Shown here: positions 1-14,976 of the stretch, one piece after another
Layout of the letters: each line of letters begins with the position of its first letter
Numbering within the stretch: the first letter of the stretch is position 1
Origin: Eledone cirrhosa
Taxonomy: Eukaryota
Direction: 5' to 3'
DNA: 64,000 nucleotides
Assembly: GCA_964016885.1 (NCBI GenBank)
Contig: OZ024742.1
Coordinates: 127,844,001-127,908,000, forward strand
Notes under the pieces: model-generated
Told to the model about the DNA's origin: nothing
Seen by the model: the letters and a program-made list of their open reading frames with translations, nothing else
Database searches by the model: none
Made by a program: the position numbers and the translations under genes

Positions 1-28
1 ATTATAACCAACATGTATGGAAAATAGT

Positions 29-366
29 GAAGGCTCGTGGCTTAGTGGTTAGAAAGTTGGGCTTATAATCGTGAGATTGTGGGTTCGATTCCTTGACTGG
101 GCTGAAATTTTGTCCTTGACCAAGACTATTTATTTCACATTGTTCACTCAGCTCCAGAAATGAGCTGCAACATCACTGGTGCTAAGCTGTATCAGCCTTT
201 GCCATTCCCTTGGACAACACCCGTATTGTGGAGAGGGGAGAATGGTATGCATGGGCGATTGCTGGTCTTCCACAAACAACCTTGCACAGACTTGTGCCTC
301 GGAGGAGAACTTTCTAGGTGCAAATCATGTGGTAGTTTGTGACTGAAGCAGGGCTTTACGTTTACC
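29..366 (+). mobile_element. tRNA-derived SINE
   Basis: A box TGGCTTAGTGG and B box GGTTCGATTCC followed by a ~250-bp non-tRNA body and a short (TTTAC) tail. Confidence 0.75.
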
Positions 367-1390
367 TACGGGAAATAGAAAAGATACCAGTGTCAGATCT
401 ACCATTGTGCTTAAGCACAGGGTCCCGTTGGCCAGGGGCGGATGGTGGGGGCATCTTCCTGCCAAAATAATTTTTTACTTCCTTCAGGGCCCAAGTAAGG
501 GGCCTCATAACTTAACTACCACAGGGCCCCATTTGTCCTAAATCCGGCACTGATTGGACTATATGTGGATAACATCGATATATATATAAAAATATCGAAG
601 TGCAAAAATTCGATAACAGCAACCCTCAACAATATGAAAAGTAAAGTCGAAGAAGTGATAGGAAAATTAATTTTGTTTTAGACTGAGTAGAGGCACAGTT
701 GATGCCATTTTTATAAATAAAATAATTGAAAAAAAAAAGAAAAAGAACGTATATGTATGTGTGTATTATTGTATGTATATATGTTATGTATGCATGTGTG
801 TATTTATGTATGTATTTGTGTATGTATGTAAAAACTCGGGTAGATGTATGAACGTTTAAATGCATGAACATATAAAATTCAGAATTTTCTTTAGTTGGAC
901 GTATTTGCGGTTTGTATGAGTGCGTGTGATTGTTGTTTATATACTTTCTGGTTCTCACACCCCTGAAATTTATTTCTCAATTTCTCAAATAAACTCGCCT
1001 AGGCGAGGGAAAGCTGAAAACTTGTTTAATGTGGGCGAATACACAACATAACATCCTGTTAAGGAGATACACACTTCACTTGGCCGACAACCAAGCGCTG
1101 GATCAACACTTGTCACCGTTTCCCTCCATCTCTATCATAATTTCTCTCTCTCCTAGTCAATGTATAGTATTAGTATTTCTAATATTTACGTTTATGAATG
1201 AAAATAATATATATGTAAATGAGATTGTCTAATACTTGCTTGTATCGTTTATACTGGAATACTTTCCTATTTAAAACTCAGCAACACAATTCTTCTCGTT
1301 AAGAGAAACTCTGCATTATATTATAGCTTTTTGAAAATTAAACAAAACTTTTATTCAAATTTATCTTAGTGAAGGAGAGAAATATTTAGA

Positions 1391-1607
1391 ATGGTTCGGA
1401 ATCAATCAGAGTCTTTTGAAGTGCCATCAGGCAATGAGAAACTTCAAAGAGGTTTCGTGACGAATGGTAGTCAAAGAAAGACCCGACAAAGTACACAATC
1501 AGCTCTTGTTGCCATGTCAGCATCTGTCTGGAGTGGATCCACCGCATATGATGCTTTCGGCCGAAACCGTGATGACACTGTTTTAACTCTTGATGGATTC
1601 AATTCTG
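1391..1607 (+). CDS. Formin coding exon 1 (MVRNQSESF...LDGFNS), phase-1 donor
   Basis: ATG at 1391 with in-frame upstream TGA at 1370 just after a ttatcttag acceptor; donor G|GTATGT at 1608; G+AT restores GAT (Asp) with exon 2. Linkage across a 38.9-kb intron is inferred from phase only. Confidence 0.65.
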
Positions 1608-4600
1608 GTATGTGCATATTATTTTTTTTATGTTTTGTTTTTATTAAATGCATACGATTAAACAGAATTTATTTAAAAATTATATTTTTTTAAAAATGGG
1701 AGAAGGGACATATTCTCAATTACATGCCACAAGGGGCGTCGGAGTTTCCCTCTTATCATTTTTAAGCAAGCCAACACAACATTGCCAAGAGTGACACCGA
1801 GACTAAAGTGCTGGAATAGCCAAACACAATCGCGTGTATCACCTGATATCACGAAATCTTTGCACTTGCAGAAAGTAAACGGCACCTAGAAAATTGATCA
1901 GAATGACCGGGTATATTTTGTTTATTAAAATGTCAGCTTGTATTATTTTTAACGTTTTGTACTTTTGATCTGTATATCTCTTTGACAGAGGTGGTTCATA
2001 TTGACTGATGTGTTCATATTGACTGATGTGTTCACATTGACTGATGTGTTCATATTGACTGATGTGTTCACATTGACTGATGTGTTCACATTGACTGATG
2101 TGTTCACATTGACTGATGTGTTTATATTGACTATTGACTGATGTGTTCACATTGACTGATGTGTTCACATTGACTGATGTGTTCACATTGACAGAGGTGT
2201 TTCACATTGACTGATGTGTTCACATTGACAGAGGTGTTTCACATTGACTGATGTGTTCACATTGACTGATGTGTTCACATTGACTGATGTGTTCACATTG
2301 ACTGATGTGTTTATATTGACTGATGTGTTCACATTGACTGATGTGTTCACATTGACTGATGTGTTCATATTGACAGAGGTGTTTCACATTGACTGATGTG
2401 TTCACATTGACAGAGGTGTTTCACATTGACTGATGTGTTCATATTGACTGATGTGTTCACATTTACTGATGTGTTCACATTGACTGATGTGTTCACATTG
2501 ACAGAGGTGTTTCACATTGACTGATGTGTTCACATTGACAGAGGTGTTTCACATTGACTGATGTGTTCACATTGACAGAGGTGTTTCACATTGACTGATG
2601 TGTTCATATTGACTGATGTGTTCACATTGACTGATGTGTTCACATTGACTGATGTGTTTATATTGACTGATGTGTTCACATTGACTGATGTGTTCACATT
2701 GACTGATGTGTTCATATTGGCTGATGTGTTCACATTGGCTGATGTGTTCACATTGACTGATGTGTTCACATTGACTGATGTGTTTATATTGACTGATGTG
2801 TTCATATTGACTGATGTGTTCACATTGACTGATGTGTTCACATTGACTGATGTGTTCACATTGACTGATGTGTTCACATTGACTGATGTGTTCATATTGA
2901 CTGATGTGTTCATATTGACTGATGTGTTCACATTGACTGATGTGTTCACATTGACAGAGGTGTTTCACATTGACTGATGTGTTTATATTGACTGATGTGT
3001 TCATATTGGCTGATGTGTTCATATTGGCTGATGTGTTCACATTGACAGATGTGTTCACATTGACTGATGTGTTCACATTGACTGATGTGTTCATATTGAC
3101 AGATGTGTTCATATTGAAAGATATACATTACATATTTGGCATGGTTTCTATGGCTGGATGCCCTTCCTAACATAGCCACTTCAGTGTGTTTACTGGGTGC
3201 ATTGCGATACCAGCACAACCACTTTACACAGTTGACTAGGTATATTCTATCAAAGCACCAACACTAACAATTTACAGGATGTACTGAGTGCATTTTATCG
3301 TGGGACTAGTACTAACGAGGTCATCACATGCTCGTTGTCAAAGTGATAAATTAAAAAGTTCAGCAGAGGGCATAAATAAATTGATACGGCCATCGCTGTC
3401 ATCCCACTGCGGGGCACCCGATGCAGTTGCCACATTTGTCCCCCCCCCCTCCTATTAAATCCAGCCCTCGTTAAGGGACGGCATGGTTACTATAGTTTTT
3501 TTTCTTTTTTTGCCTTTGTATGTCAGTATTGTTATTCACAGTTATATAGATAACATTGTGAATTGTTCACAATTCTTTCAGAATGAAAATCTAAACGCAT
3601 AATGAATATATTAACTACTAGCATTAAAGCCCGGCGTTGCTCGGGGTCATTAAGTTACCAAAGTTAGGTTGCAGCACTTTTTTGTCTGCCAGGCACTGGG
3701 TGAATGAATTGCAGACCTGGAAGCAGGAGCTGTGCCAGCAGTGACAATTGTAGTTTCGCCTATGGATATTATCTCTGTGCAAAAAAGTGTTGAAATTTAT
3801 TGTTTCACAGTACTTGCGCAACACGCGCGTAGACGATGCCAGCCGAACAACAGAGCTGCGATGGAGTTGTTCTGCATGGTTGTCTGCGTGTTTTCTAAAT
3901 TTAAGACAGTAGGGAGGGTTGTGATATGAGGGAGAGTTAGCTGTTGTTTCTAGCAGGTTTAGTGACCTCATAGAGGATATGTGTTTTCTAAATTTAAGAC
4001 AGTAGGGAGTGGTGTGATATGGGGGAGAGTTAGCTGCTGTTTCTAGCAGGTTTAGTGACCTCATAGAGGATATGTTTTCTAAATTTAAGACAGTAGGGAG
4101 GGGTGTGATATGAGGGAGAGTTAGCTGCTGTTTCTAGCAGGTTTAGTGACCTCATAGAGGATATTATTGTTTATCATCTATATATATAAAACTGACTGCA
4201 CGCCTAACGAAATTTACAGATACATATATTTTAAATAAACTTATATAATTTTTGCTTTTTTTTACGAAATATTTGCTTGTTTTACGTAGTCTTTAAATAG
4301 ACTTGTTTTCAAGTAAAAATTATTGTGTTAATGTCATTTTAAACGCTGAGAAAGCCAGCGTAATTTTTTTAATTTTTGCACGCAGACGCTCAATGTAAAC
4401 AGAACAAAGGGAAATAACTGATCACTTACGCTCAAAAATCGATACATTATATTCGATTTCGTCAGATAGGGCGGGTCAATTTGAAATATTTTTTTTCCGA
4501 TGTCTTCGCTAGGGCTCAATGTACAAGTATAGCAATTTCGGTGCAATTCCGTGAGAGATTCTAAGAGGAGATGTGTGCCAAAAATCGATAGACAGACAGA

Positions 4601-7600
4601 CAACCACAGTTTTATATATATAGATTGCTATGAATCTCACAAACACAATGGACTAAAATATACGAGAAAGAAAAAAACGAGGGGTGAAAGACAAAAACAA
4701 CCATCAATTCACCACCAAGTGCGACAATCGGTCGCACATCACAAGGGTGAACGGAAGTTTTAGAGGCAAGCCAATACGCTCGCAGCATTACCCCGGGTGA
4801 TAACGAGGCGAAGGCGCTAAAACAACCAAGTACCCTCACACTTCAATAAGGCGACCCGCCAACAATGACAAGAACTTTGCTGTCAACGGCCCAATTCCAC
4901 CAAACGTCTCGTATGCTACAGACCATTCTGAAAGAATTGGGAACAATTTGTAAAGCTACTATAGTTGTGTTGAAATTTCTTTGTGCGTAACTTATGTTCA
5001 AAAACCAAAATTAATCGGCTTGTGTACTGTTTGTTTCGAAAAATTAGTAAATTTTTAGTCACCTCCATATCATTGGAAGTGAAAGTTGTTTTTCCTGTGC
5101 TTTTTTTAAAGTGTTTTGAACGAATCTGACCTTCAAAATCGTCAAAAATTATTCTATTTTAGTTAACGGAAGGTGACCCTCAGATATTTATTTACAATTA
5201 CATCCGTCTCGCCTTAATTGGTAAAAGTTATATTTTCTTCTAGTTTCTGGTGTTTTGAAATAATCTGGTCTTCAAAACCGTCGGAAAGTATACGCTTTTT
5301 TTAGTTATTGAGTTGGAAGGGTACTTTCGTAGTTCTCGTGTTTAAAAATGAATAATACCTGGATTTATCCAGTAATTATTTTTTCCAGCCTGTGTCGTTC
5401 AAGACTTTCGTGGAGTTGGGCTGCTGACAGCGAAGTTCTTGTCATTACTGGCGGCTCGCCTTACTGAGGTGTCAGGTGATGACCATGAGGGTGCTTGGTT
5501 GTTTCAGCGCCTTAGGCTCGCCATCACCCGTGGTAATGCTGCGAGCATATTGGTTGCCTGAAAGTTATGTTTAGTTAACCTTTATGATGTGATGTACGGC
5601 CGATTGTAGCACTTGGTGGTGAATTGATGGTCGTTTCCCCCCCCCCCCCTCTTTTTTTTCTTCTTCTTCTTCTCTCTCTCTCTCTTTTATGCGTTCATAT
5701 TTGTGGTTATCAACGACATTATATTTGTAATGTTCTTCTGAACGAATTGCAAGCAATTTGATATCACACCTGTCTCGCTTTTGTGGTGAAATACATGTTT
5801 TTTCCCCTATTGTTTTCGATGTGTTGAACGAATATGACCTTCAAAACTACCGGAAATTATTTAGTTTTGAAGGCCGTATTCATTCAAACGCATTAAAATA
5901 ATTTTAAAAAATCACTGGAAAAGTAACAAATTTTACCTCTGAAGCTACACGTGACTAAAGAAAACCCCGAGGCTGACCTTCCTTTAACTAAAAAACAATA
6001 ATTTCCGTCGGGTTTGATGGCCAGATTCGTTAAAAAAAAAAAAAAATCATAGGTAGAACATAAATGTGCTGCTTCCTTATTTAATACTTTAATATGTTTA
6101 CTTCAGGGTTTGAATCATTATTGTTTACTAGCAGAAAAACCACCCCTCGGGTGGTTTTCTGCTAGCATGTATAGTATGTATATTGATATTATACGCAAGT
6201 ATATATGCATGTAGATATGATCAAAATAAAATCGTAATTGACAATATACACAGAAATTGAACAAAAACTGTGTTATACTGTCCTATGTAAACCAGTAACG
6301 TAATCCATGATACATTAAAAAAAGACGATATTATATATAAACTGCATTAGGAGAAAATTAGTGACAGAAATATATGAATATTTATTTAAACGATCGCTAA
6401 CCGGAAGTGTTGATATTTGAAAATTTTAAAGAAGTGAATCTTTAAATAAGTAATAAAATATATTTAATGAACAGCCACGAAATTTAGTAGATAAATTATG
6501 TAATAATCATTCATTATTTATTCAAAGTAATCCAACTTATTTTAATAAGGGGATAAAAAATTATAAACCGTTTGCAGTCCCGCACTTCTTGCTTTATTAT
6601 AGTTTAGATTTCTTTAGAAAATTTAACGATATTCATGTTTATAATTTCATGTAAGCTCTAATAAATTCTCCACAGCTTCGCTCAAACAAACACCGTGTAC
6701 TCAATGACACACAAAAAGTTTCTTAGTGAAATTTCTCTTTTAGTTGGCAAAAGAAATCCCTAGAGGAAATTGTGAGCGGATCTCAAAGAATATAATGATG
6801 TGATTTCAAAAAATTAATAGTTAATTTCGCAAACGTAACTTACAAGCTGAGGGGAAAATTTGATCTTAGCTGACAAAAGGACAGCTTTGAACATCTTTCA
6901 GTTCCATTGGACCACATTAATGTACCATACTCTGTTCAGGCCTTACTTTGATCAATCGACAATTATATGTGTATGGATATATATTTGTCTGCATACATTT
7001 ATATTTCGAGTTTGATCTCAAAGCACGGCACCTTGAACTTCTTCTAGGTCAACCTAAGAAGGCCCATCCCTAGGCTGTGATTGTCTGGTGTGAGGGCGAC
7101 TTCAGAACATCTTGGTTAGGGATCTTTTGCAAGGGACCTATTTCAGGACATTTTTTAAAACATTTTATTTCCTAAATCTGAGGGTATACCATTGAAAAGT
7201 AGGGCGTGGGGGAGGGGTGCAATACCATTTGACCCCCCCCCCCCCCCTCCACACTGGGAACTGCCTGAACCCAGGTAATATGAGTGAAATTACCTCGACA
7301 GAAACTGGAATCCTGTTAGGTAGATTGTTGTATAATTTGAAGGAGAATTTGTGTCGCACACCGTATCATACTGAGTCTGTTTGAATAGTACGTTCATAGC
7401 AAGTGTAGAATGTTCAGGCACTTACAATACAATGCAATAATTGAACAACTGGAGCCATCTATTCATTTATCTACATATAGTTATGTATGTGTGCCTGTAC
7501 GCTGCTTTTTGTCCTTTGTCACAATCACTTCTTGCACCTCACCTTGTTACAAGTATATCTCCCCAATTTGTACTAATTACAAGTACATCTCCCCAATTTG

Positions 7601-10600
7601 TACCTTGTATTACACCGGTACAAAATACATTATACATGACTGCTTGAAGATGTAAGGTAGTTAGATATAGAGCTGTTTAAGGTATAAGGATTGCGAAAGT
7701 AAAATAAAACTTGTATTAATTAAAGACTATTAGTAGGTGTTTCTTCTTCTTCTTCTTCTTCTTGCGATATTCCAGATTTGCTCCCTTCTGGACCCTCTTT
7801 GGGATCTCGAGATATGCAATCTTTGTGTGTCCATCCCACGCCTCCCAGGACAGGTCACAGGTCTCTCACCAGTTTTTTCAGCATGAAACGTAGACTGCAA
7901 TATATTTTTCCAGCTGGCCCCATTGTTTAAGGCCTGAATGTGTCCTTTGTTAACCCGCGCAAAGGACGGTGTGGTATGGTTCTTCTTTGTTTTCCTCATC
8001 ATATTGCAGTTTCAGTTTCTGTGGTCTTATTCGTGCCACTCACCAATCTGGTACTTTGTCAAACCCACAAAGACTAGGAATTTTTAGAGGTGGCCTTTAC
8101 TCACCTCTTCCTAGCAGGTGTCACCCATTGCTCCATTTTCCCTAGTAGTTTACCACTGTTGGTCAGGGGTTTCTTATTCGTCCGGCAGTTGCCTGCTTAT
8201 ATCACAACTAGCCATCATATCTGGTGGCCGTATCACTATCCACCATCTGTGACCCATTCTCTAGTAGAACAGCTCTGCCAAGGAAAACATATGTATGAAT
8301 ATATAAAATATAACACAATCTCTTTCTTTCTTTCCTTCTTTCTTGTACCTGTCTCTTTCTCACATACACATATAAACAAACTGCCTTTGTCTATGACTCG
8401 CTCTCTCACTCTTTCTCCACACTCTCATACTAACACTCATACAAGTATACACATATTGACTCTCTCTTTCTCGCCCCCTCTCTCTCCCTTCTTACACTCC
8501 ACAAAGGCACGTGTGTTGCGAAGTTTACAAAAAGTTTGGAATACCTCACTGCTTTGCTTTATTTACTATTGTATTAGCAATTACTTGAAGCAAACATTCA
8601 AGTTCAAAAAACACAATTATCACCATCATGGTTAGCATCTAAGTTTCAGCAGTATTTATTTTTACTTATTTTTTCCTTAGATTTTTTTAGTGCAGTCAGT
8701 TCAATTGAATAGACACTTTCATTGCACTGAACACCCAAAGCTCTGTTTAAAATTATATTTGAGTGTATTAAGGGATTAGAAATGTATAAAAATTATATTT
8801 GAGTGTATTAAGGGATTAGAAATGTATAATAAAATGTAAACTTTGTCACTATCAGTAATGTATTTAACATAAGAGAGGGAGACTTCATTACAAAATGAAG
8901 GTTTAATTTGTGATTCATTAAAATTATTTTGGTATTTTGATAACAGTGTAACTGACAGATTTATTAGGCATTGGACAAAATGCTTTGCAGTATTTAGTTG
9001 CAAACCTTTATGTTCTGAAATCAAATCCCATCTACTTTATCTTTACATTTTGTTATTCTGGGATTAATATAGATTTGGCTCCATAGAGTGAGGGTAGGAT
9101 GGTAAGAGTGTTTATACTAAAAATATGCAGATCAAATTACGTTGACTGAGAATAAGAAATAAACATATTTTCTTCAAATTATAAAACTACAAATACCTGA
9201 AGCTGTATGATGAAAATATGATAAAGAGTACTCAAACATCGCTACACCAATGATATAGGCCCAGGGGGGTATGGAGGAATGCTCTTTGGCATGTAGAACC
9301 TCAAGTATAAGCTGCCTCGTGGCCCCAGTGAACAGAATGGAGAAAATGTTGCCCCAGATGATGACGAGGGAGACACATTGAAATAGCCATTCTGACTCAT
9401 GGAGCTCATTCCTGTGGGTAGTTAATTCTGCCCCGATAGTAGTGAGTATGGAGGTGGTCTGGGAGCCAAGAACACTGGATGTCTCTACCACTATTGGTTC
9501 AATGACAAACCTATCGGAGAGTGACTGATACTTCGACAGTTTGTCAGGCAACGAAGTGTGGATTTGACACCAAATGCACCAGGTTGCATAAGAAGGTGTT
9601 ACTTCATGTTGCATCTCAGATGAGGGTTTTTTTTCTACACAATGGGAAGATTGTTATGCCATCTGGCTTTCTGTCGACCCTTTAGCCCAACCCCACTACG
9701 AAGGGAAGTTTGTGGTGTCTAAGCCTTGTTGTGCATGACATGGCATAGGAAGCACCCGGCACTGTAATGGCATGACAGTGGGTGAGCATCTTCTGTGGAT
9801 CTACAGAGACATTTGTGTGACACAGATCTGGAGGTTGAGTCTCTGGGAAACACTAATGTGCAGACAGTCACTGTCCAGCTGATCACTAGTTGATACCAAA
9901 AGTACCACTATGGAGTTGGGAGGCAGAGGAAAAACAGGCTAAACGGTGCTGGTCAAGCAGGTCCACAAGGTTGTCCAAAGCCTTGTTGCAGTGAATTGCA
10001 TCTCATTTGCTTTGGAAGGACTGGATGTCTTCAGAGAGAAGTGGTGTTAGACATCCACAGAACAGAGGCTGAGCTTGTTCCAGGTCACATGTGATGCCCC
10101 ATGTTTCCTGATCACAGTATGTTCTGATATGCTGCAGAGAATCTTGTTGATGAAGACACAACAGATCCTTTTTTATTTGGTGAAACCTGATAAAATGCTT
10201 AGATTTGAGATCAGAGAGTCACTCCAGGTAGAGCCACTACTTCTCCAAATTGAGAGATCACAGCTCCGATACTCTGGGCATGTGGTTAGAATGTCTCAGA
10301 AAAGGATCGCTGGACAGATTTTATGGGCAAAACCAATCAGCAGGAGACCCAGGGGTAGACTCCGAGCAAGATGGTTGGATAACATCCATGAGTTTGGCTG
10401 GTTTCACTTGGGAATCCAGCCAGATCAGCTGGAGATAGTTGCTTCTGACAGGACCCACTGGAAGGAGTGTTTGAGGATTCTGCCCCCAACAACCCTCTTA
10501 GGAATAAGTGGGTGAAGAAGAAGAAGAAGAAGAAGAACCCTTAACCCAAGACTTGATCTGATGGCAAGTGGGAGGATCTGCAAACTGAGGATGACAACAT

Positions 10601-11967
10601 CTTCCATTGGGGTCACTTGCACCTGGTGGAGTATTAATCACACATTTGAGATGGAGGCTACAAAGCCCTCTGTATCATAATTAATGACCTCTGACATGGA
10701 TGAGTTGATCTCAAGGCCGATCTTAATCAGAGGGAAGACTGCCAAGGGGAGATTATGGCAGACAGTCTCCACGGGTCCACATATCATCGCATCATTCAGG
10801 TGTCACACGTTGAATGGAGCCATGATGGTTTAAGCAGCATTGTCTGCCCTGTGAGTGAACAAGTGAAAACCTTATAGATCACTTCATTGAACACCAGTGT
10901 AGGATGATATAACTTGATCCACAATGAGGAGCTTGGAAACCTGTACGACAATAGGACCAATAGGGGAACTCAGTGGATTATGAAAACAATACTACTGGGT
11001 TAATTTCTCTAAGTAACCTCCATTTATTGTTGACTGCTTTTAACAATAACCTTTTGTTTAAGTTATGCTAACTTTGTGGATAAATACCAGTCCAAACAAC
11101 TTCTTGTATGAACACATAAGGTCCTTAGGGTATATACTCCTAATCTTCTTTGTTGCTAATTACATCGTTACCTCCTCTTTTCTCTTTTTGTGTTCATTAT
11201 TTGTTGTGGATTAATAAGCCTATTATTATTCTGTCTTTTTCTCTTTATCTATCATAAAATAATTACATTATGAACATCATTTCAGCTTTTGTTTTGTCTG
11301 CCGAATTTTACCCACCATCTTGATTTTTCCATCATTGTTCAGGTTTTAACCTTTCAGTTTAATGTATAGCTGCACAGGTACATTTACACACATACATAAA
11401 AATACACATACGGTTACATACATAAACTAACAGAGACATACATACACAAACACACATACATAAACAAGAGCATACATACACATATACACACACAGACATA
11501 TATAATCTGATTTGTATTTAAATGAACCATCAGTTGTCACATCATATACGAAAACCCTAAATTAAAGGTTATAGTTAGAAAACAACCCCTTTATTTTATT
11601 ATTATTATTATAAGTGTCTAGTTTGCTTTTGAAATACTGGTTCAACTTAGTTATTGTAAATCACAAAACTTATAGATTAGTTTTCAAATAGTTCCTGTAA
11701 ACTAGCAAATCCTTCTTCATTCTAACTTTCATTTGTCAACGTTTGTGTTTCACATAATTCAATGGAGCAGGAATTGTTTAGTAGCTTTCCCAGCATATTG
11801 CATAATGCTTCCATGATAGGATACGAAATACAAGGCACGCCAAGTAAAAGCTTGACACCATAACAGAGCAATGATTCTCCATTCAAAAGGTTATTTACTT
11901 GTTTCATTTTTGTTTTGTTTTTTCTTTACATTTTATCTTTTAAAAAAATGTCATATTGTTTTCTTTT

Positions 11968-12065
<98 letters not shown>

Positions 12066-14224
12066 ACACTCACACACTCACACACTCACACACTCACTCA
12101 CACACAGACACTCACTCACACACACACACTCACACACACACACACACTCACACACACACACACACACAAAGCCCTATATATGTTTCTATATTCCATATCT
12201 ATTGCATATCTATTTCATTTAACCAACAACAAATATTCTAACTATATAAAGAAAAAATATGAATATCTTGAATAATAATGAGGTAATGCTTTTTACCTCA
12301 TGAATATTAATGAAGTAATGCTTCTTACCTTAACCTATAATAATTAGGTAATGCTTTTTACCTCAACCTATAATAATGAAGTAATGCTTTTTACCTCAAC
12401 CTATAATAATGAAGTAATGCTTTTTACCTCAACCTATAATAATGAAGTAATGCTTTTTACCTCAACCTATAATAATGAAGTAATGCTTTTTACCTCAACC
12501 TATAATAATGAAGTAATGCTTTTTACCTCAACCTATAATAATGAAGTAATGCTTTTTTACCTCAACCTATAATAATGAAGTAATGCTTTTTACCTCAACC
12601 TATAATAATGAAGTAATGCTTTTTACCTCAACCTATAATAATGAAGTAATGCTTTTTACCTCAACCTATAATAATGAAGTAATGCTTTTTTACCTCAACC
12701 TATAATAATGAAGTAATGCTTTTTACCTCAACCTATAATAATGAAGTAATGCTTTTTACATCAACCTATAATAATGAAGTAATGCTTTTTACCTCAACCT
12801 ATAATAATGAAGTAATGCTTTTTACCTCAACCTATAATAATGAAGTAATGCTTCTTACCTCAACCTATAATAATGAAGTAATGCTTTTTTACCTCAACCT
12901 ATAATAATGAAGTAATGCTTTTTACCTCAACCTATAATAATGAAGTAATGCTTTTTACCTCAACCTATAATAATGAAGTAATGCTTTTTACCTCAACCTA
13001 TAATAATGAAGTAATGCTTTTTACCTCAACCTATAATAATGAAGTAATGCTTTTTACCTCAACCTATAATAATGAAGTAATGCTTTTTACCTCAACCTAT
13101 AATAATGAAGTAATGCTTTTTACCTCAACCTATAATAATGAAGTAATGCTTTTTACCTCAACCTATAATAATGAAGTAATGCTTTTTACCTCAACCTATA
13201 ATAATGAAGTAATGCTTTTTACCTCAACCTATAATAATGAAGTAATGCTTTTTACCTCAACCTATAATAATGAAGTAATGCTTTTTACCTCAACCTATAA
13301 TAATGAAGTAATGCTTTTTACCTCAACCTATAATAATGAAGTAATGCTTTTTACCTCAACCTATAATAATGAAGTAATGCTTTTTACCTCAACCTATAAT
13401 AATTAGGTAATGCTTTTTTACCTCAACCTATAATAATGAAGTAATGCTTTTTACCTCAACCTATAATAATGAAGTAATGCTTTTTACCTCAACCTATAAT
13501 AATGAAGTAATGCTTTTTACCTCAACCTATAATAATGAAGTAATGCTTTTTACCTCAACCTATAATAATGAAGTAATGCTTTTTACCTCAACCTATAATA
13601 ATGAAGTAATGCTTTTTACCTCAACCTATAATAATGAAGTAATGCTTTTTACCTCAACCTATAATAATGAAGTAATGCTTTTTACCTCAACCTATAATAA
13701 TGAAGTAATGCTTTTTACCTCAACCTATAATAATGAAGTAATGCTTTTTACCTCAACCTATAATAATGAAGTAATGCTTTTTACCTCAACCTATAATAAT
13801 GAAGTAATGCTTTTTACCTCAACCTATAATAATGAAGTAATGCTTTTTACCTCAACCTATAATAATGAAGTAATGCTTTTTACCTCAACCTATAATAATG
13901 AAGTAATGCTTTTTACCTCAACCTATAATCACAATTTTGCACATTACAACAATTCCATGAACACTGTCTTTCTTAAATGTTTGCTTTATGCCCAATATTT
14001 GATATGTGATCTATTCTTATTATTTTTTGTATTTGGTAAACTTTATTCCTTCTCACATTTCCTGAAGAAATGCAGGTGTATGTATCATGTACTGTGTTAA
14101 TAATTGCTAATTAATTATTTCAGATTGTTTTCATATGCATGTACTATTGTAACTTGCATTGAAACAAACACAGAAATGAAATGGATTTAAGTGGTTAACC
14201 TGGGTCTTTCTTCATTTTAAATGT

Positions 14225-14259
<35 letters not shown>

Positions 14260-14940
14260 TTTACGTCCGCTCTTCCCTGCTTGCAAGGGTGGGACGATAT
14301 ATATATATATGTATATATATGTATATTTATATGTATGTAAAAGGTAAACAGAAATAACAACACAATCGGTACAGTATATGGAAGGGATATATTAGGTTAA
14401 TGGTTGATATAGCAGGAAGAGGGTCTTAACGTTTTGGACGCTAGTCCTTCACCAGAAGAAAGAATGAGAAATAAGATAGATTGAGGGGACGGGCGGGATA
14501 GAATTGGAAAAAATGTCTTTAGATAAAAATAACAAGTCCATTCATGTTGACATCTCTTGCAAAACTGTTGGTGCTGGTGTTTGGTGTATGATTTATTTTT
14601 TAGAAAAGTGGATGATGGAGAGCGTCTACCTGAAATGGAAAAAAAAACGTTTTGTAAAAAGAGCTATACTTGTGTATGCGTGTATGTGTGTGTGTGTGTG
14701 TTATTATACGTCCGTACGATATATATATATCATCATCATCGTTTAATGTCCAATCTTCTATGCTACCTTTGTGAGGGATCAGGTCGGGGGACCGTGATTC
14801 GCTCACTCAGAACTGATTTGGCTGGGTGCCCTTCCTAACACCAACCACTTTTCAGCGTGGACTGAGTGCTATATTTGATATAGAAATGCCTTTTACAGGA
14901 CTAGAACTGTTTCATTCAAAGGAAATCATCATCATATATA

Positions 14941-14976
<36 letters not shown>

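Noticed and set aside
29-105. tRNA gene (also 24305-24380, 53955-54031)
   Set aside because: Has A and B boxes but no convincing acceptor stem, and continues into a SINE body and tail
1839-3218. CEHISQ/NTSVNV repeat ORFs
   Set aside because: Translations of the 18-bp minisatellite, with frameshifting 19-bp units
3822-3892. pre-miRNA-like hairpin
   Set aside because: Imperfect pairing and located inside a Helitron; no further support
12351-14100. MLFTSTYNNEV repeat ORFs, superficially CRISPR-like 33-bp repeats
   Set aside because: Head-to-tail repeats with no spacers, no cas genes, eukaryotic context; frames broken by poly-T slippage
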